Part shown: positions 1-9,165 of the stretch, piece by piece | Numbering within the stretch: position 1 is the stretch's first letter | Layout: every line of letters begins with the position of its first letter | Assembly (NCBI GenBank): GCA_024685175.1 | Contig: JAIKWD010000016.1 | Location: 54,722-118,721, forward strand | Length of the DNA: 64,000 nt | Reading direction: 5' to 3' | Origin: Bacteroidales bacterium | GTDB lineage: Bacteria; Bacteroidota; Bacteroidia; Bacteroidales; WCHB1-69 | Notes under the pieces: generated by a model | Databases searched by the model: none | Told to the model about the DNA's origin: nothing | Seen by the model: only the letters and a program-made list of their open reading frames with translations | Program-made: the position numbers and the translations under genes

Positions 1-836
1 AGGCACATATAAATCACAAAGGAGTCGATCTCCACAAAAGACTTGTTCAGGGGTTTGTCGAACTCCAGCAGACTGGTGTTGAAATACTGGGAACGCACCA
101 GCTTAACCGTCTTGTTGAGGGTTGGGGTATACGCTACCTTGAAGTTGCCCGTTTGTTCCTCAAAATGGATGGCCTCAAGGGCTTCGGCCACGTGCAATTC
201 GCGGGAATTGCCTTCGTCATCCACTCGGTTCCAGTCGAACACGCGGAAGGTGACATCGGAGGGTTGTTGGATCTCAGCCAGCAGGACGCCCTTGCCGATA
301 GCGTGGACCGTGCCCGCGGGAATCATAAAGGTATCGCCAGGTTGCACCGGATAGAATTTCAAGAGGTCGGCCACCGTGCCCTCTGCAATAGCTGCTTCAA
401 ATTGGATTTTTGGGACGGCTTTGTTAAAACCCACATACAACCCGCTCCCAGACTCGGCGGCTATCACGTGCCACATCTCCGTTTTGCCGCTTTGTCCATA
501 CTTGCGTTGGGCCAACTCATCGTCGGGGTGCACCTGCACCGAAAGATTGTCCTGGGCATCGATAAACTTGATGAGCAGGGGAAATCCCAACCCATATTTC
601 TCGTAATTCTTCTCCCCCACAAGCTCGGTGAGGTAGATTTCCAACAATTCGTTGAGGTTGTTCTCCGCCAAAAAGCCGTTGGCTATCACGGATTCGTCGC
701 CCACGAGGCCGGACACTTCCCAACTCTCGCCACAACACTTGGAAGAACCGAGATCTTTGTTCAAGATGGTTTTCATTCTCTCTCCGCCCCAGATTTTGTC
801 TTTCAATATGGGTTCGAACTTGAAAGGATAAAGCAT
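1..836 (-). CDS. manA: Mannose-6-phosphate isomerase, class I (first 278 codons; 3' end lies outside the window)
   Basis: Absent from the ORF track because there is no stop in the window. Reverse-strand translation from the ATG at 836-834 reads MLYPFKFEPILKDKIWGGERMKTILNKDLGSSKCCGESWEVSGLVGDES... and stays open to base 3. The N-terminal KxxIWGG and GESWE motifs match class I PMI as I remember the family. Confidence 0.8.
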   Translation of the reverse strand, partial: MLYPFKFEPILKDKIWGGERMKTILNKDLGSSKCCGESWEVSGLVGDESVIANGFLAENNLNELLEIYLTELVGEKNYEKYGLGFPLLIKFIDAQDNLSVQVHPDDELAQRKYGQSGKTEMWHVIAAESGSGLYVGFNKAVPKIQFEAAIAEGTVADLLKFYPVQPGDTFMIPAGTVHAIGKGVLLAEIQQPSDVTFRVFDWNRVDDEGNSRELHVAEALEAIHFEEQTGNFKVAYTPTLNKTVKLVRSQYFNTSLLEFDKPLNKSFVEIDSFVIYMC

Positions 837-848
837 ATTTCCCATAAA

Positions 849-1805
849 CTATTGATTATTAGGGTTGTATATTTGTCTGTTTTTATGTTGATAGGCCGGA
901 CGCACCTTGTCGGGGTTGGACCCGCGCACCGTCTTCACAAAAACCCATCGACCGTCCTCTTCGACAAAGCCCTGGTTAAGACTCGATTCCGGAACCATAT
1001 AGGCGGGTATGGCCTGCATATTGTCTTCCATCGGGATAAGTTGGTCGAAGACAATCATAGGGCTGCTGACCAATCGATAGTCCATTTGTTTGGTTTTGGG
1101 ATTCATTTTCCCCGTACTTACCGGCACTTCCTGCACTTCATAATTGAGGTGAAGCACAGCATTCTTGGAATAGTCAAAAATGACGCGACTTACTTTTTCC
1201 GGGTAGTTCTTGAAGATTCGGGCCCCGAAAACAGGTGTCGTTTCTTTGTTGAAATGCAGCACTTCGATCACTTTCTGGTTGGTAAACAGGTTATTGCCAT
1301 TCCAACCCAGTAAGGTGTAATAAGTGAAGTCCTTATTCTTGATCGGGATGAGTTTATAATAAACGGCGCCGAACCAACGATTGTGGTTGCCCACCACCGT
1401 CTTGGGATAGTCCAGTGTGCTGCGTTTGTCATACAAAGGAAACAAGACATATTTTTTCCTTTTTTCGTTATACACCTGGATAAAACCAAAGTTTTCTATT
1501 GAAAAATCCTTCTTCAGCACATACCAAGTGAAAATCTTAAACACATTGTCGGGGGAAGCCAAGACAGAGAAGTTTTGAACTGAATCCCATGTATGTTTGA
1601 AGGAATTGGGCATCTGCAAAACCTCCTCCAAAAGAGTCATAAAATCCTCATTGAGGGCTAGGCGAGTGGTCTCGTCAGGCTCTGCCATAACTTGGTCGCG
1701 CAGATGTATGAGCGAATCCTCCCAAACTTGAAATTCCGATTTCTTCTGTCCATAACTAAAAGTGAACAGCATTGAAAGGATTATATAGCAGATGATTTTT
1801 TTCAT
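849..1805 (-). CDS. Hypothetical secreted protein
   Basis: ORF 849..1844 trimmed to MKKIICYIILSMLFTFSYGQ (signal peptide). A -7 box at 1817-1824 lies inside the longer version. No family recognised; AT-rich. Confidence 0.55.
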   Translation of the reverse strand: MKKIICYIILSMLFTFSYGQKKSEFQVWEDSLIHLRDQVMAEPDETTRLALNEDFMTLLEEVLQMPNSFKHTWDSVQNFSVLASPDNVFKIFTWYVLKKDFSIENFGFIQVYNEKRKKYVLFPLYDKRSTLDYPKTVVGNHNRWFGAVYYKLIPIKNKDFTYYTLLGWNGNNLFTNQKVIEVLHFNKETTPVFGARIFKNYPEKVSRVIFDYSKNAVLHLNYEVQEVPVSTGKMNPKTKQMDYRLVSSPMIVFDQLIPMEDNMQAIPAYMVPESSLNQGFVEEDGRWVFVKTVRGSNPDKVRPAYQHKNRQIYNPNNQ

Positions 1806-1816
1806 AAAAAAGTGGG

Positions 1817-1824
1817 CAAAAATA
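1817..1824 (-). promoter_or_regulatory. Putative -7 box (TAnnTTTG)
   Basis: Minus strand TATTTTTG, about 12 nt upstream of the ATG at 1805. Confidence 0.4.
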
Positions 1825-1879
1825 CAAAATTCACCCAAAATCATTGAACGTCAATCATTATCGGTTATTATATTTTTTG

Positions 1880-1887
1880 TATGTTTG
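1880..1887 (+). promoter_or_regulatory. Putative -7 box (TAnnTTTG)
   Basis: TATGTTTG, 31 nt upstream of the ATG at 1919. Confidence 0.5.
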
Positions 1888-1918
1888 CAGCAAATTAGTG
1901 GTTCAAAAAAAATAATTT

Positions 1919-2290
1919 ATGAAAAGATTTCTACTATTCCTTAGCATTTTCGTCGCGGGGCTCTTGATGGCGTCTTGCGGTTCTTCTTCTCCCTCCGAGG
2001 TGACCAATTCTTACTACAAAGCCCTTCAAAAGGGTGACTTTGAAAAAGCTTTGACTTACACCACCATTGAGGACGAGGCTGAGATAAAACAAGAGATAGA
2101 AAAAATGGAGGGGTTGGAGGTCAAGATTCCTGAATTTGACATCGTTTCAGAAGAGATTGCCGAAGACGGCACAACCGCTGTTGTTGAAGTCAAGTACAAG
2201 TTCACCTCATCGTTTAATTCAGAACCCGAAGAGAGTACGAACAACGTCAAATTAGTAAAGAAGGACGGCAAATGGAAAATCAAGGGCTGA
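1919..2290 (+). CDS. Small lipoprotein, DUF4878-like
   Basis: Signal peptide plus lipobox (LLMASC). SPSEVTNSYYKALQKGDFEKAL resembles the start of DUF4878-type small lipoproteins (from memory). Confidence 0.55.
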   Translation: MKRFLLFLSIFVAGLLMASCGSSSPSEVTNSYYKALQKGDFEKALTYTTIEDEAEIKQEIEKMEGLEVKIPEFDIVSEEIAEDGTTAVVEVKYKFTSSFNSEPEESTNNVKLVKKDGKWKIKG

Positions 2291-2937
2291 TCTCATTCAA
2301 GCCTGCTTCAAGAGGTAGAATCGGGAGAATTCTCGCTTCTACCTTTTTCGTTTTTGTAGTACCATTTCTAGTAATCGGTTGTAAACAAAAAATTGATCCA
2401 CAATTATTTACAATGCCAGAAAACGTCACCTTGCAAACGGGTGACATTGTGTTCCGCGCGGGAGAGAGTTCCGAAAGCAGGGTTGTTTCTGTAGTGGACA
2501 CTTCTTGTATCTACACCCATACTGGCATCGTGTTGTATAACGGCGGTCGGTGGCAAGTGCTTCACGCGGTTCCCAATGAAAGAGCTCGCAAAGAGGATAA
2601 AGACAGCGTAAAGATAGAGCCCATAGGCCTTTTTTTTCGTTCCGACCGCGCGAAGCACGGCGCTGTGCTTCGGTTGTCTTTAACCCCAGACGACACTTTA
2701 CTACTTAAGCGCAACGGATTGGCTCTCTTACAACGCCATCCCCTCTTTGACGCCGCCTTCGACGATAAAGACAGCTTGACGTTCTATTGCACGGAACTGG
2801 TGTGGTTTCTCTACCAACAAACCTTAAACATCGATCTAACGGATGGGAGACGACATCATGTGCCCCTGTTTCCGCCCATAATTCTATGCTCCGACATTCT
2901 TGAATACCCCTCTTTGCAAGAAATATATTCGTTTTAA
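2272..2937 (+). CDS. YiiX/NlpC-P60-like permuted papain-fold hydrolase, lipoprotein
   Basis: Lipobox VIGC. LQTGDIVFRAGESSESRVV...YTHTGIV...LHAVPNE...FYCTELVWFLY matches the YiiX/DUF830 pattern. Overlaps the upstream gene by 19 nt. Confidence 0.6.
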   Translation: MENQGLISFKPASRGRIGRILASTFFVFVVPFLVIGCKQKIDPQLFTMPENVTLQTGDIVFRAGESSESRVVSVVDTSCIYTHTGIVLYNGGRWQVLHAVPNERARKEDKDSVKIEPIGLFFRSDRAKHGAVLRLSLTPDDTLLLKRNGLALLQRHPLFDAAFDDKDSLTFYCTELVWFLYQQTLNIDLTDGRRHHVPLFPPIILCSDILEYPSLQEIYSF

Positions 2938-2985
2938 CAATAAGCAAGGCGATAGAAGAGACGCGTATATGTGAAATTATTTTTG

Positions 2986-2993
2986 TACATTTG
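2986..2993 (+). promoter_or_regulatory. Putative -7 box (TAnnTTTG)
   Basis: TACATTTG, 18 nt upstream of the ATG at 3012. Confidence 0.45.
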
Positions 2994-3011
2994 CCACCAA
3001 ATTCAGTAACG

Positions 3012-3476
3012 ATGAAAAATAAAGGTTTTTTCCCCATAGTTTTGTTTGCCATGATTGTCGGGGTGTTTGCCAGTTGTCAACGTTTCGAGATGGCTCAAAT
3101 TGACATAACCCAAGACAGTTACAACGACACCACCAAGGTGGTTAATTACACTGCCAGAGTATTGGATGATGGTGGTTGCCCACGTTGCATAGAGGCTGGT
3201 TATTGCTTCAGCTACATCGATCCTATACCGTCGCACACCTGCTTCTACTCCACCGTTGTGCCTCTTGTTTTCGACACCATGATGACCTTCACTGACTCCA
3301 CCCAATACCTTACCTTTTCATGGCGTCGCACCATTCCATTCGTTGAAGGAATCGGAGGTGACAACGCGGGAGACACCCTTCTCTATTTCTTCCGTTCATA
3401 CATCACCACGAACGCCGGCACTTTTTATAGTACTGTCGACACTGTAAAAGTATCTAACACTTTCATCATAAATTAA
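3012..3476 (+). CDS. Hypothetical lipoprotein
   Basis: ORF 2991..3476 trimmed to MKNKGFFPIVLFAMIVGVFASC (lipobox). The -7 box at 2986-2993 overlaps the longer start. Confidence 0.5.
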   Translation: MKNKGFFPIVLFAMIVGVFASCQRFEMAQIDITQDSYNDTTKVVNYTARVLDDGGCPRCIEAGYCFSYIDPIPSHTCFYSTVVPLVFDTMMTFTDSTQYLTFSWRRTIPFVEGIGGDNAGDTLLYFFRSYITTNAGTFYSTVDTVKVSNTFIIN

Positions 3477-3485
3477 TTTCCCATT

Positions 3486-4556
3486 ATGAAAAGAATTCTT
3501 GCCATCAATCCTGGTTCCACCTCTACCAAAATCGCTATTTTTGAAGGAAACGAACAAGTTTTTATCAAGAATATAAAACACTCTACCGAACAACTCTCTG
3601 CCTATGCGACTATTGCCGATCAATTCGAATTTCGTAGAGACGTCATTATTGCCGAGCTGAAAAATGAGAATATCGACTTGCACTCCATCGATCTCGTGAT
3701 GGGTCGTGGCGGTCTCATCAAACCTCTGAAGTCCGGTGTATACCGTATCAACGACTTGATGAAAGAACATCTTATGATGGGTTACAACGGTCAGCACGCC
3801 TGCAACTTGGGCGGTCTCATCGCCGACAGTCTCGCCAAGGTCATCGGCCTCCAGGAAGCTTACATTGCCGACCCGGTCATCGTGGACGAGATGGAAGACG
3901 TGGCCCGCATCACGGGACACCCCGATTTCGAGCGCAAGTCCATCTTCCACGCCTTGAACCAGAAGGCCATCGCCCGTATGTACGCCAAAGAGAACGGCAA
4001 GAAATACGAGGAGCTGAATCTCATCGTCTGCCATATGGGTGGCGGCGTAAGCGTGGGTGCGCATCGTCAGGGCCGCGTCATCGACGTTAACCAAGCCCTT
4101 GACGGCGAAGGCCCGTTCTCTCCCGAACGTTCCGGCTCCCTGCCTATGAACCAGTTCCTGAAGGCCTGTTTCAGCGGCAAGTACACCCAGGAAGACATGC
4201 AGAAGATCTTAGTGGGCAAAGGCGGCTATGTAGGCTATTTCGGCAGCAATGACGCGCTCGCCGTGGAGAAGGCCGCCATCGCCGGCGACCCCAAGGCCGA
4301 GCTGCTCGAAGAGGCCTTCGCATACCAAGTGGCCAAACAGATTGGCGAGAACGCCGTGGTGCTTAAGGGCAAAATCGACGCCATCATCCTGACCGGCGGC
4401 ATCGCCTACGGCAAGCCCGTCGTTAGACGCATCAAGAACTACATCGAATGGATCGCCCCCGTCGCGGTTTATCCCGGCGAAGACGAGATGGCCGCTATGG
4501 CCCTCAACGCCAATATGATCATCAACGGCGAAATCGAAGTCCAAGACTACAAATAA
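3486..4556 (+). CDS. buk: Butyrate kinase
   Basis: 356 aa. MKRILAINPGSTSTKIAIFEG N-terminus and ASKHA-fold motifs typical of butyrate kinase. Confidence 0.9.
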   Translation: MKRILAINPGSTSTKIAIFEGNEQVFIKNIKHSTEQLSAYATIADQFEFRRDVIIAELKNENIDLHSIDLVMGRGGLIKPLKSGVYRINDLMKEHLMMGYNGQHACNLGGLIADSLAKVIGLQEAYIADPVIVDEMEDVARITGHPDFERKSIFHALNQKAIARMYAKENGKKYEELNLIVCHMGGGVSVGAHRQGRVIDVNQALDGEGPFSPERSGSLPMNQFLKACFSGKYTQEDMQKILVGKGGYVGYFGSNDALAVEKAAIAGDPKAELLEEAFAYQVAKQIGENAVVLKGKIDAIILTGGIAYGKPVVRRIKNYIEWIAPVAVYPGEDEMAAMALNANMIINGEIEVQDYK

Positions 4557-5416
4557 TGAAGATTGCACTCTACTGTCGACAACGCGGCGAGGAAGAGTTC
4601 ATCCATACCGTAATCCAATATCTCAAACAACAAGATTACGACATCACCGTTCACGGCAATTATCCCCTCGAGGATAGTTGCCTTGAACATTTTTATACCC
4701 ACGACGACCTGCTCGGGCAGATGCCGGTCAACTTCATGGTCTCCATTGGGGGCGACGGTTCCTTCATCGACGCCGCCAATCTGGTGGGCGACCTCAACAT
4801 TCCGTTAGTGGGCATCAACACCGGCCGTATCGGTTTCCTGTCCGGCATTCGGAAAGAGAACTTCCAGGAGTGTTTCCAGATGCTCCGGCAAGAGCGATTC
4901 ACCTTGGAAGAACGGTCGCTTCTGCACGTGGAGAGCAGCGAGCCGTTGGCCCTGAGCCACAACTTTGTGGTCAACGATGTAACCATCCGGGCCACCGACG
5001 CCGATGCCATCAACGCCATCACGGTTTGGGCAGGCGAACAGAAAATCAACACCTACTGGGGCGACGGCCTCATCATTGCCACGCCCACGGGTTCCACCGC
5101 CTACTCGATGAGTTGTGGTGGTCCTATTTTACACCCTCGGAGCGAAGTTCAAGTACTCACGCCCATTGCCTCACATTCCCTCAATGTGCGTCCCCTTGTT
5201 ATCCCCGCTGAGCTTTCCCTTGACATAGAGGTGAACAGTCGCACCGGCAGATATTCCCTCGCCCTTGATACAGAACGAGTTGTTGTGCCGGACTCCGTGC
5301 ACCTGCAAATCAGCAAAGAGAAATTCCACTTGAAAACAGTCCTGTTTGAAAAGACACACTTCTTTGACGTCATCAGAGAAAAGCTTCTTTGGGGTTTGGA
5401 TAAGAGAAATGGCTGA
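4556..5416 (+). CDS. nadK: NAD kinase
   Basis: ORF 4448..5416 trimmed to MKIALYCRQ. The ATG overlaps the buk stop (TAATG). GGDGS and NxGxxGFL motifs are present (SIGGDGSFIDAA, GINTGRIGFL). Confidence 0.9.
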   Translation: MKIALYCRQRGEEEFIHTVIQYLKQQDYDITVHGNYPLEDSCLEHFYTHDDLLGQMPVNFMVSIGGDGSFIDAANLVGDLNIPLVGINTGRIGFLSGIRKENFQECFQMLRQERFTLEERSLLHVESSEPLALSHNFVVNDVTIRATDADAINAITVWAGEQKINTYWGDGLIIATPTGSTAYSMSCGGPILHPRSEVQVLTPIASHSLNVRPLVIPAELSLDIEVNSRTGRYSLALDTERVVVPDSVHLQISKEKFHLKTVLFEKTHFFDVIREKLLWGLDKRNG

Positions 5417-5536
5417 AAAACAGTTGTTTACAATTTCCTTCGACTTGTTTTCCCCGTCATCCCATCCTATTTCTTTATGAACATATTTTTGTTTATTTTT
5501 TAAGAAAAAAGACAAAAATAAAACTTTATTTAATGG

Positions 5537-5544
5537 TATTTTTG
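5537..5544 (+). promoter_or_regulatory. Putative -7 box (TAnnTTTG) for ftsQAZ
   Basis: TATTTTTG, 28 nt upstream of the ftsQ ATG, within a 156-bp AT-rich spacer after nadK. Confidence 0.5.
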
Positions 5545-5572
5545 TGGCTAATTATAATAGATTTAAGCCTGA

Positions 5573-6328
5573 ATGAAGTATTTTAAAGCAATAATTCGTA
5601 TTGTTTTGGTTGTCAGCGTGTTGGCTATTGTAATACTGGCTTTGGTAAAAATACCTCAAAGACAATGTACAACCATACGAGTTACTGCCCACACTCAAAA
5701 CGAGAGTGTGTTGCTTGCTCAGGCGGACGTGGAGAAGATATTGAAAGACAATGGGATTGAGGTTTTGGGGAAGCGTGTTCGTGATGTTGATTTGACGAGA
5801 GTGTCGGCCACTTTGGAGCAAAACCCTTACATCCAAAAGATCAATTTCATTCATTTTGCTGGTTCGAAGTTACTGATTGATTACAACCTTCGCAATGTGG
5901 TTTTGCACGTGTTTAACAAAGACGGCGGTCAGTATTTCGTGGATAACGAAGGCTTTTTAGTTCCTTATTCTCCTAAGATGAAGGACTATTTGATCATCGT
6001 CAACGGGAACATTCATCAGAACTACAAACATGGGGCTACGGTCAACCAAGAATTACGTAAAGTGCTCAATGTGACGCAGAAGATTCTAGCTGACGATTTT
6101 TACAATGCTCAGTTTCGCCAGATCTACCTCAACGACCAGAATCAGATGGAGCTAGTGGCAACACTTGGCAACCAAGTCATCTTATTTGGCAATGACGATA
6201 ACGCCGATGAAAAGCTTGCCAACTTAAAGGTTGTTTACAAGGATGGGCTATCGCGCAAAGGGTTTGACACCTACGCCATGTTGGACGCTCGATACAAGAA
6301 CAGAATAATAGCAACAAGAAAACTATAA
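5573..6328 (+). CDS. ftsQ: Cell division protein FtsQ
   Basis: 251 aa with an N-terminal TM helix and a POTRA-like region, located directly upstream of ftsA-ftsZ. Confidence 0.75.
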   Translation: MKYFKAIIRIVLVVSVLAIVILALVKIPQRQCTTIRVTAHTQNESVLLAQADVEKILKDNGIEVLGKRVRDVDLTRVSATLEQNPYIQKINFIHFAGSKLLIDYNLRNVVLHVFNKDGGQYFVDNEGFLVPYSPKMKDYLIIVNGNIHQNYKHGATVNQELRKVLNVTQKILADDFYNAQFRQIYLNDQNQMELVATLGNQVILFGNDDNADEKLANLKVVYKDGLSRKGFDTYAMLDARYKNRIIATRKL

Positions 6329-6343
6329 ACAAAAAAGAATATT

Positions 6344-7687
6344 ATGGATAACAATTCATCAAACAATAACGGAATGGTTGTTGGCCTTGACATTGGCACA
6401 ACGAAGATAGCTACTGTTATCGGTTTTCGCAACGAAAACGGGCAAATAGAGGTTGTGGGCTATGGCAAGAACGAGTCAAGCGGTGTAGAGTTTGGTGAAA
6501 TCAAGAACCTGGTAAAGACCACCGAAGGTATCAGTTTGTCGAAGGATATAGCCGCCCAACGCTCCAACCAAGATATTGAATGGGTGTATGCCGGTATCGC
6601 TGGCCATCACATCAAAACCAGCAAATATAACCACATCCTTTATCGCCACGGCAACGAAAACCCTATCACAAAAGAGGAAATAGAGCAACTCAAAAAGGAC
6701 GTGGCCGATGTCACTTTGCCTCCGGGCGAAGAGATCATAGACGTCATTCCCCAACGTTATCAGATAGATCGCAGCCGCGAGACCATCGATCCTGTTGGTG
6801 AACTCGGTAATGAGGTTATCGGCCTTTATCAAATCATCACGGGTAACGAACGTGAAATCAAGAAAATCGTAAAATGCGTCAATGATGCCGGACTTGGTAT
6901 CCGCGACATCGTATTGGAGCCTATCGCCTCTGGTCTGGCTTGCCTTAGCGACAAAGAGAAAAGTGAGGGAGTGGTTTTAGTGGACATCGGCGGTGGCACC
7001 ACCGACATGGTTATCTTTGTGGACGGAAGCCCTGTCTTCACGAAAGTGATCCCCATCGGAGGTAACATCATCACCAAAGATATCGCCCAAGTGTGCAGAA
7101 TTTCCGAGGATGTTGCCGAGCAACTTAAAATACGTTATGGCACATGTGTTGTGGAAAAGAGTAATTCCAGCAACATCATCACCATTCCCAGACCTTACGG
7201 ACAGGATCCTATCCAGATCAGCGAATATCACCTTGCACAAATCATCAACTGTCGTGTACAGGAAGAAATCGTCAACGTAGTGAAGAACGAAATAGATAAT
7301 TCCGGTTATAAGGATCGTTTGTATGCGGGTTTGGTGCTCACTGGTGGTGGCGCCAACTTGCGCAACATCAAGGAACTTTGTCAGTTCTCCATGCAACTGC
7401 CCACCCGCATCGGTGTGCCTGATAGCAGTTTTGCCCACAACATCCCCACCGAATTGAAACACCCCATGTATGCCACTGCACTTGGCCTGCTCAAATTTGG
7501 TCTGAATGTTGAATATAAGGAACCTGATCAGGAACCCGTCGAAGAGAGTACCGAAAAAGGCGGCTTTTTCAGTGGACGGAAAAAGGCGAAAGCCCCGAAA
7601 GAGCCTAAAGCTCCCAAAGTTCCAAGAACGAATATTTTCGAGAAGATCCCCAACTACCTGAAAGATCTTCTTGAAAGAATCTCCTAA
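6344..7687 (+). CDS. ftsA: Cell division protein FtsA
   Basis: 447 aa with actin-like ATPase motifs (VVGLDIGTTKI, VLVDIGGGTTD). Lys/Pro-rich tail before a C-terminal amphipathic segment. Confidence 0.95.
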   Translation: MDNNSSNNNGMVVGLDIGTTKIATVIGFRNENGQIEVVGYGKNESSGVEFGEIKNLVKTTEGISLSKDIAAQRSNQDIEWVYAGIAGHHIKTSKYNHILYRHGNENPITKEEIEQLKKDVADVTLPPGEEIIDVIPQRYQIDRSRETIDPVGELGNEVIGLYQIITGNEREIKKIVKCVNDAGLGIRDIVLEPIASGLACLSDKEKSEGVVLVDIGGGTTDMVIFVDGSPVFTKVIPIGGNIITKDIAQVCRISEDVAEQLKIRYGTCVVEKSNSSNIITIPRPYGQDPIQISEYHLAQIINCRVQEEIVNVVKNEIDNSGYKDRLYAGLVLTGGGANLRNIKELCQFSMQLPTRIGVPDSSFAHNIPTELKHPMYATALGLLKFGLNVEYKEPDQEPVEESTEKGGFFSGRKKAKAPKEPKAPKVPRTNIFEKIPNYLKDLLERIS

Positions 7688-7737
7688 CCATTTAATGAAA
7701 CCATTAACCTACGTAAGAATAAAAAACATTCATTGTT

Positions 7738-9090
7738 ATGACAGATAAAATAAATTTCACACCCGATTATGGAGAAAAAGCCAAACCTTCATCTATCATC
7801 AAGGTCATAGGTGTCGGTGGTGGCGGCAGCAACGCCGTCAAGCACATGTACAGCGAAGGTATCGTGGGAGTTGATTTCCTGATCTGCAATACGGACCGTG
7901 GTCACCTCGACAACACGCCCGTACCCGACAAACTATTGCTCGGCAATGGTTTGGGCGCCGGCGCACAACCCGAAGTTGCACGCCAATATGCTATGGAAAG
8001 CAAAGAGCGCATCCAGGAATTTATAGGCAAAGAAACCCGCATGCTCTTCATCACAGCTGGTATGGGCAAAGGTACCGGCACTGGTGCCTCTCCTGTCATC
8101 GCTGAGATCGCTCACGACATGGGCATCCTCACCATCGGCGTCGTGACTACTCCCTTTAAATTTGAAGGATCCGAAAGACTGCGCCTGGCTAACGAGGGTA
8201 TCGCAGAGCTATCACAACATGTGGATTCCCTTATCACCATTAAGAATCAAAACGTAATCAAATATTACAACGACGAAGACATAGACAGTGCCTTCGGCTA
8301 TGCCGACGATGTGCTCAAAAACGCCGTGAAGTGTATTGCTGAACTTATTACCGTCAACTATGCTCAAAACGTGGACTTCAACGATGTGCAGACGGTTATG
8401 AAGGACAGCGGCAAGGCCATGCTCGGCCTCGCTGTCGCAAAAGGAGAAAACCGCGTCGAAAAGGTGGTGCAAGATGCTCTCGACTGTCCGTTGTTGGATG
8501 AGAACTCCATCTCCGAAGCTCAAAACTTCCTCTTCTTCATCAGCTATGGTCCCGAGAACAAACTTAAGATGTCTGAACTCGACAGCCTCACCGACAAGTT
8601 TGAAAAGATCCAAAGCCGCAACGCCCGCGTTATATGGGGTCGTGGCTTGGATGAAAGCCTGGGCGATGCCATCAAGTTGTCCGTCATCGTAACCAAGTTC
8701 AACTCCAACGCTGAAAAGAGTCTACAAGAGAAATCCGTCTATCTGGGAGAACAACAACCTACGGAAAGCTCCATCTTTGTTGAAGAACAACCCACCAATG
8801 ATGCCGGAGACTTCGGCACACTCATAGACAGCACTCCCGTGGAGAAACCAAAAGAAGAACTCGATTCAAATCCTTTTGGCTTCACTATGCATCAACAACC
8901 TGCAGGCCCACAAAAAATCAAAGAAGATGGCGAAGTGTTCCCTAATTTCGATTTTGTGGCCCAAACCCCTGCCATCAACCGTTATAAGGTGATGGAGTCT
9001 AAATCCACCGAAACAGCTACCCTTGACTTCCAACCGATGTATGAGGGTAACAACGATATAAAAGAACTCTTTACAGATCTCGCGGACTAG
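7738..9090 (+). CDS. ftsZ: Cell division GTPase FtsZ
   Basis: 450 aa. Tubulin signature GGGTGTGA-type (AGMGKGTGTGASP), IKVIGVGGGGSNAV, and a long disordered C-terminal linker. Confidence 0.97.
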   Translation: MTDKINFTPDYGEKAKPSSIIKVIGVGGGGSNAVKHMYSEGIVGVDFLICNTDRGHLDNTPVPDKLLLGNGLGAGAQPEVARQYAMESKERIQEFIGKETRMLFITAGMGKGTGTGASPVIAEIAHDMGILTIGVVTTPFKFEGSERLRLANEGIAELSQHVDSLITIKNQNVIKYYNDEDIDSAFGYADDVLKNAVKCIAELITVNYAQNVDFNDVQTVMKDSGKAMLGLAVAKGENRVEKVVQDALDCPLLDENSISEAQNFLFFISYGPENKLKMSELDSLTDKFEKIQSRNARVIWGRGLDESLGDAIKLSVIVTKFNSNAEKSLQEKSVYLGEQQPTESSIFVEEQPTNDAGDFGTLIDSTPVEKPKEELDSNPFGFTMHQQPAGPQKIKEDGEVFPNFDFVAQTPAINRYKVMESKSTETATLDFQPMYEGNNDIKELFTDLAD

Positions 9091-9111
9091 TAGTAATAAT
9101 TATCGAAAGAA

Positions 9112-9141
9112 AACAGCACCCCAATGGGGTGCTGTTTTTGT
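9112..9141. terminator. Bidirectional rho-independent terminator (ftsZ / Fe-S protein convergent)
   Basis: CAGCACCCC-AAT-GGGGTGCTG hairpin with an A-run upstream and a T-run downstream. Confidence 0.8.
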
Positions 9142-9165
9142 TTTATGTTGAAAACCAAATGTTTT

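Noticed and set aside
153-1313. 386-aa plus-strand ORF overlapping manA and the 849-1805 gene
   Set aside because: It runs antisense to a well-supported manA reading frame. The His/Val/Gly/Leu-rich translation has no recognisable motifs, which is typical of an antisense shadow ORF.
3486-5416. Butyrate kinase without an adjacent phosphotransbutyrylase, fused by a TAATG overlap to nadK
   Set aside because: The ptb gene may simply be elsewhere in the genome, and this cannot be judged from one window. The start/stop overlap is an ordinary case of translational coupling.
5417-9090. ftsQ-ftsA-ftsZ preceded by nadK and a promoter-bearing spacer instead of the mur/ddl genes of a full dcw cluster
   Set aside because: Split dcw clusters are known in many lineages. 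This is a gene-order variation with no unexplained sequence.
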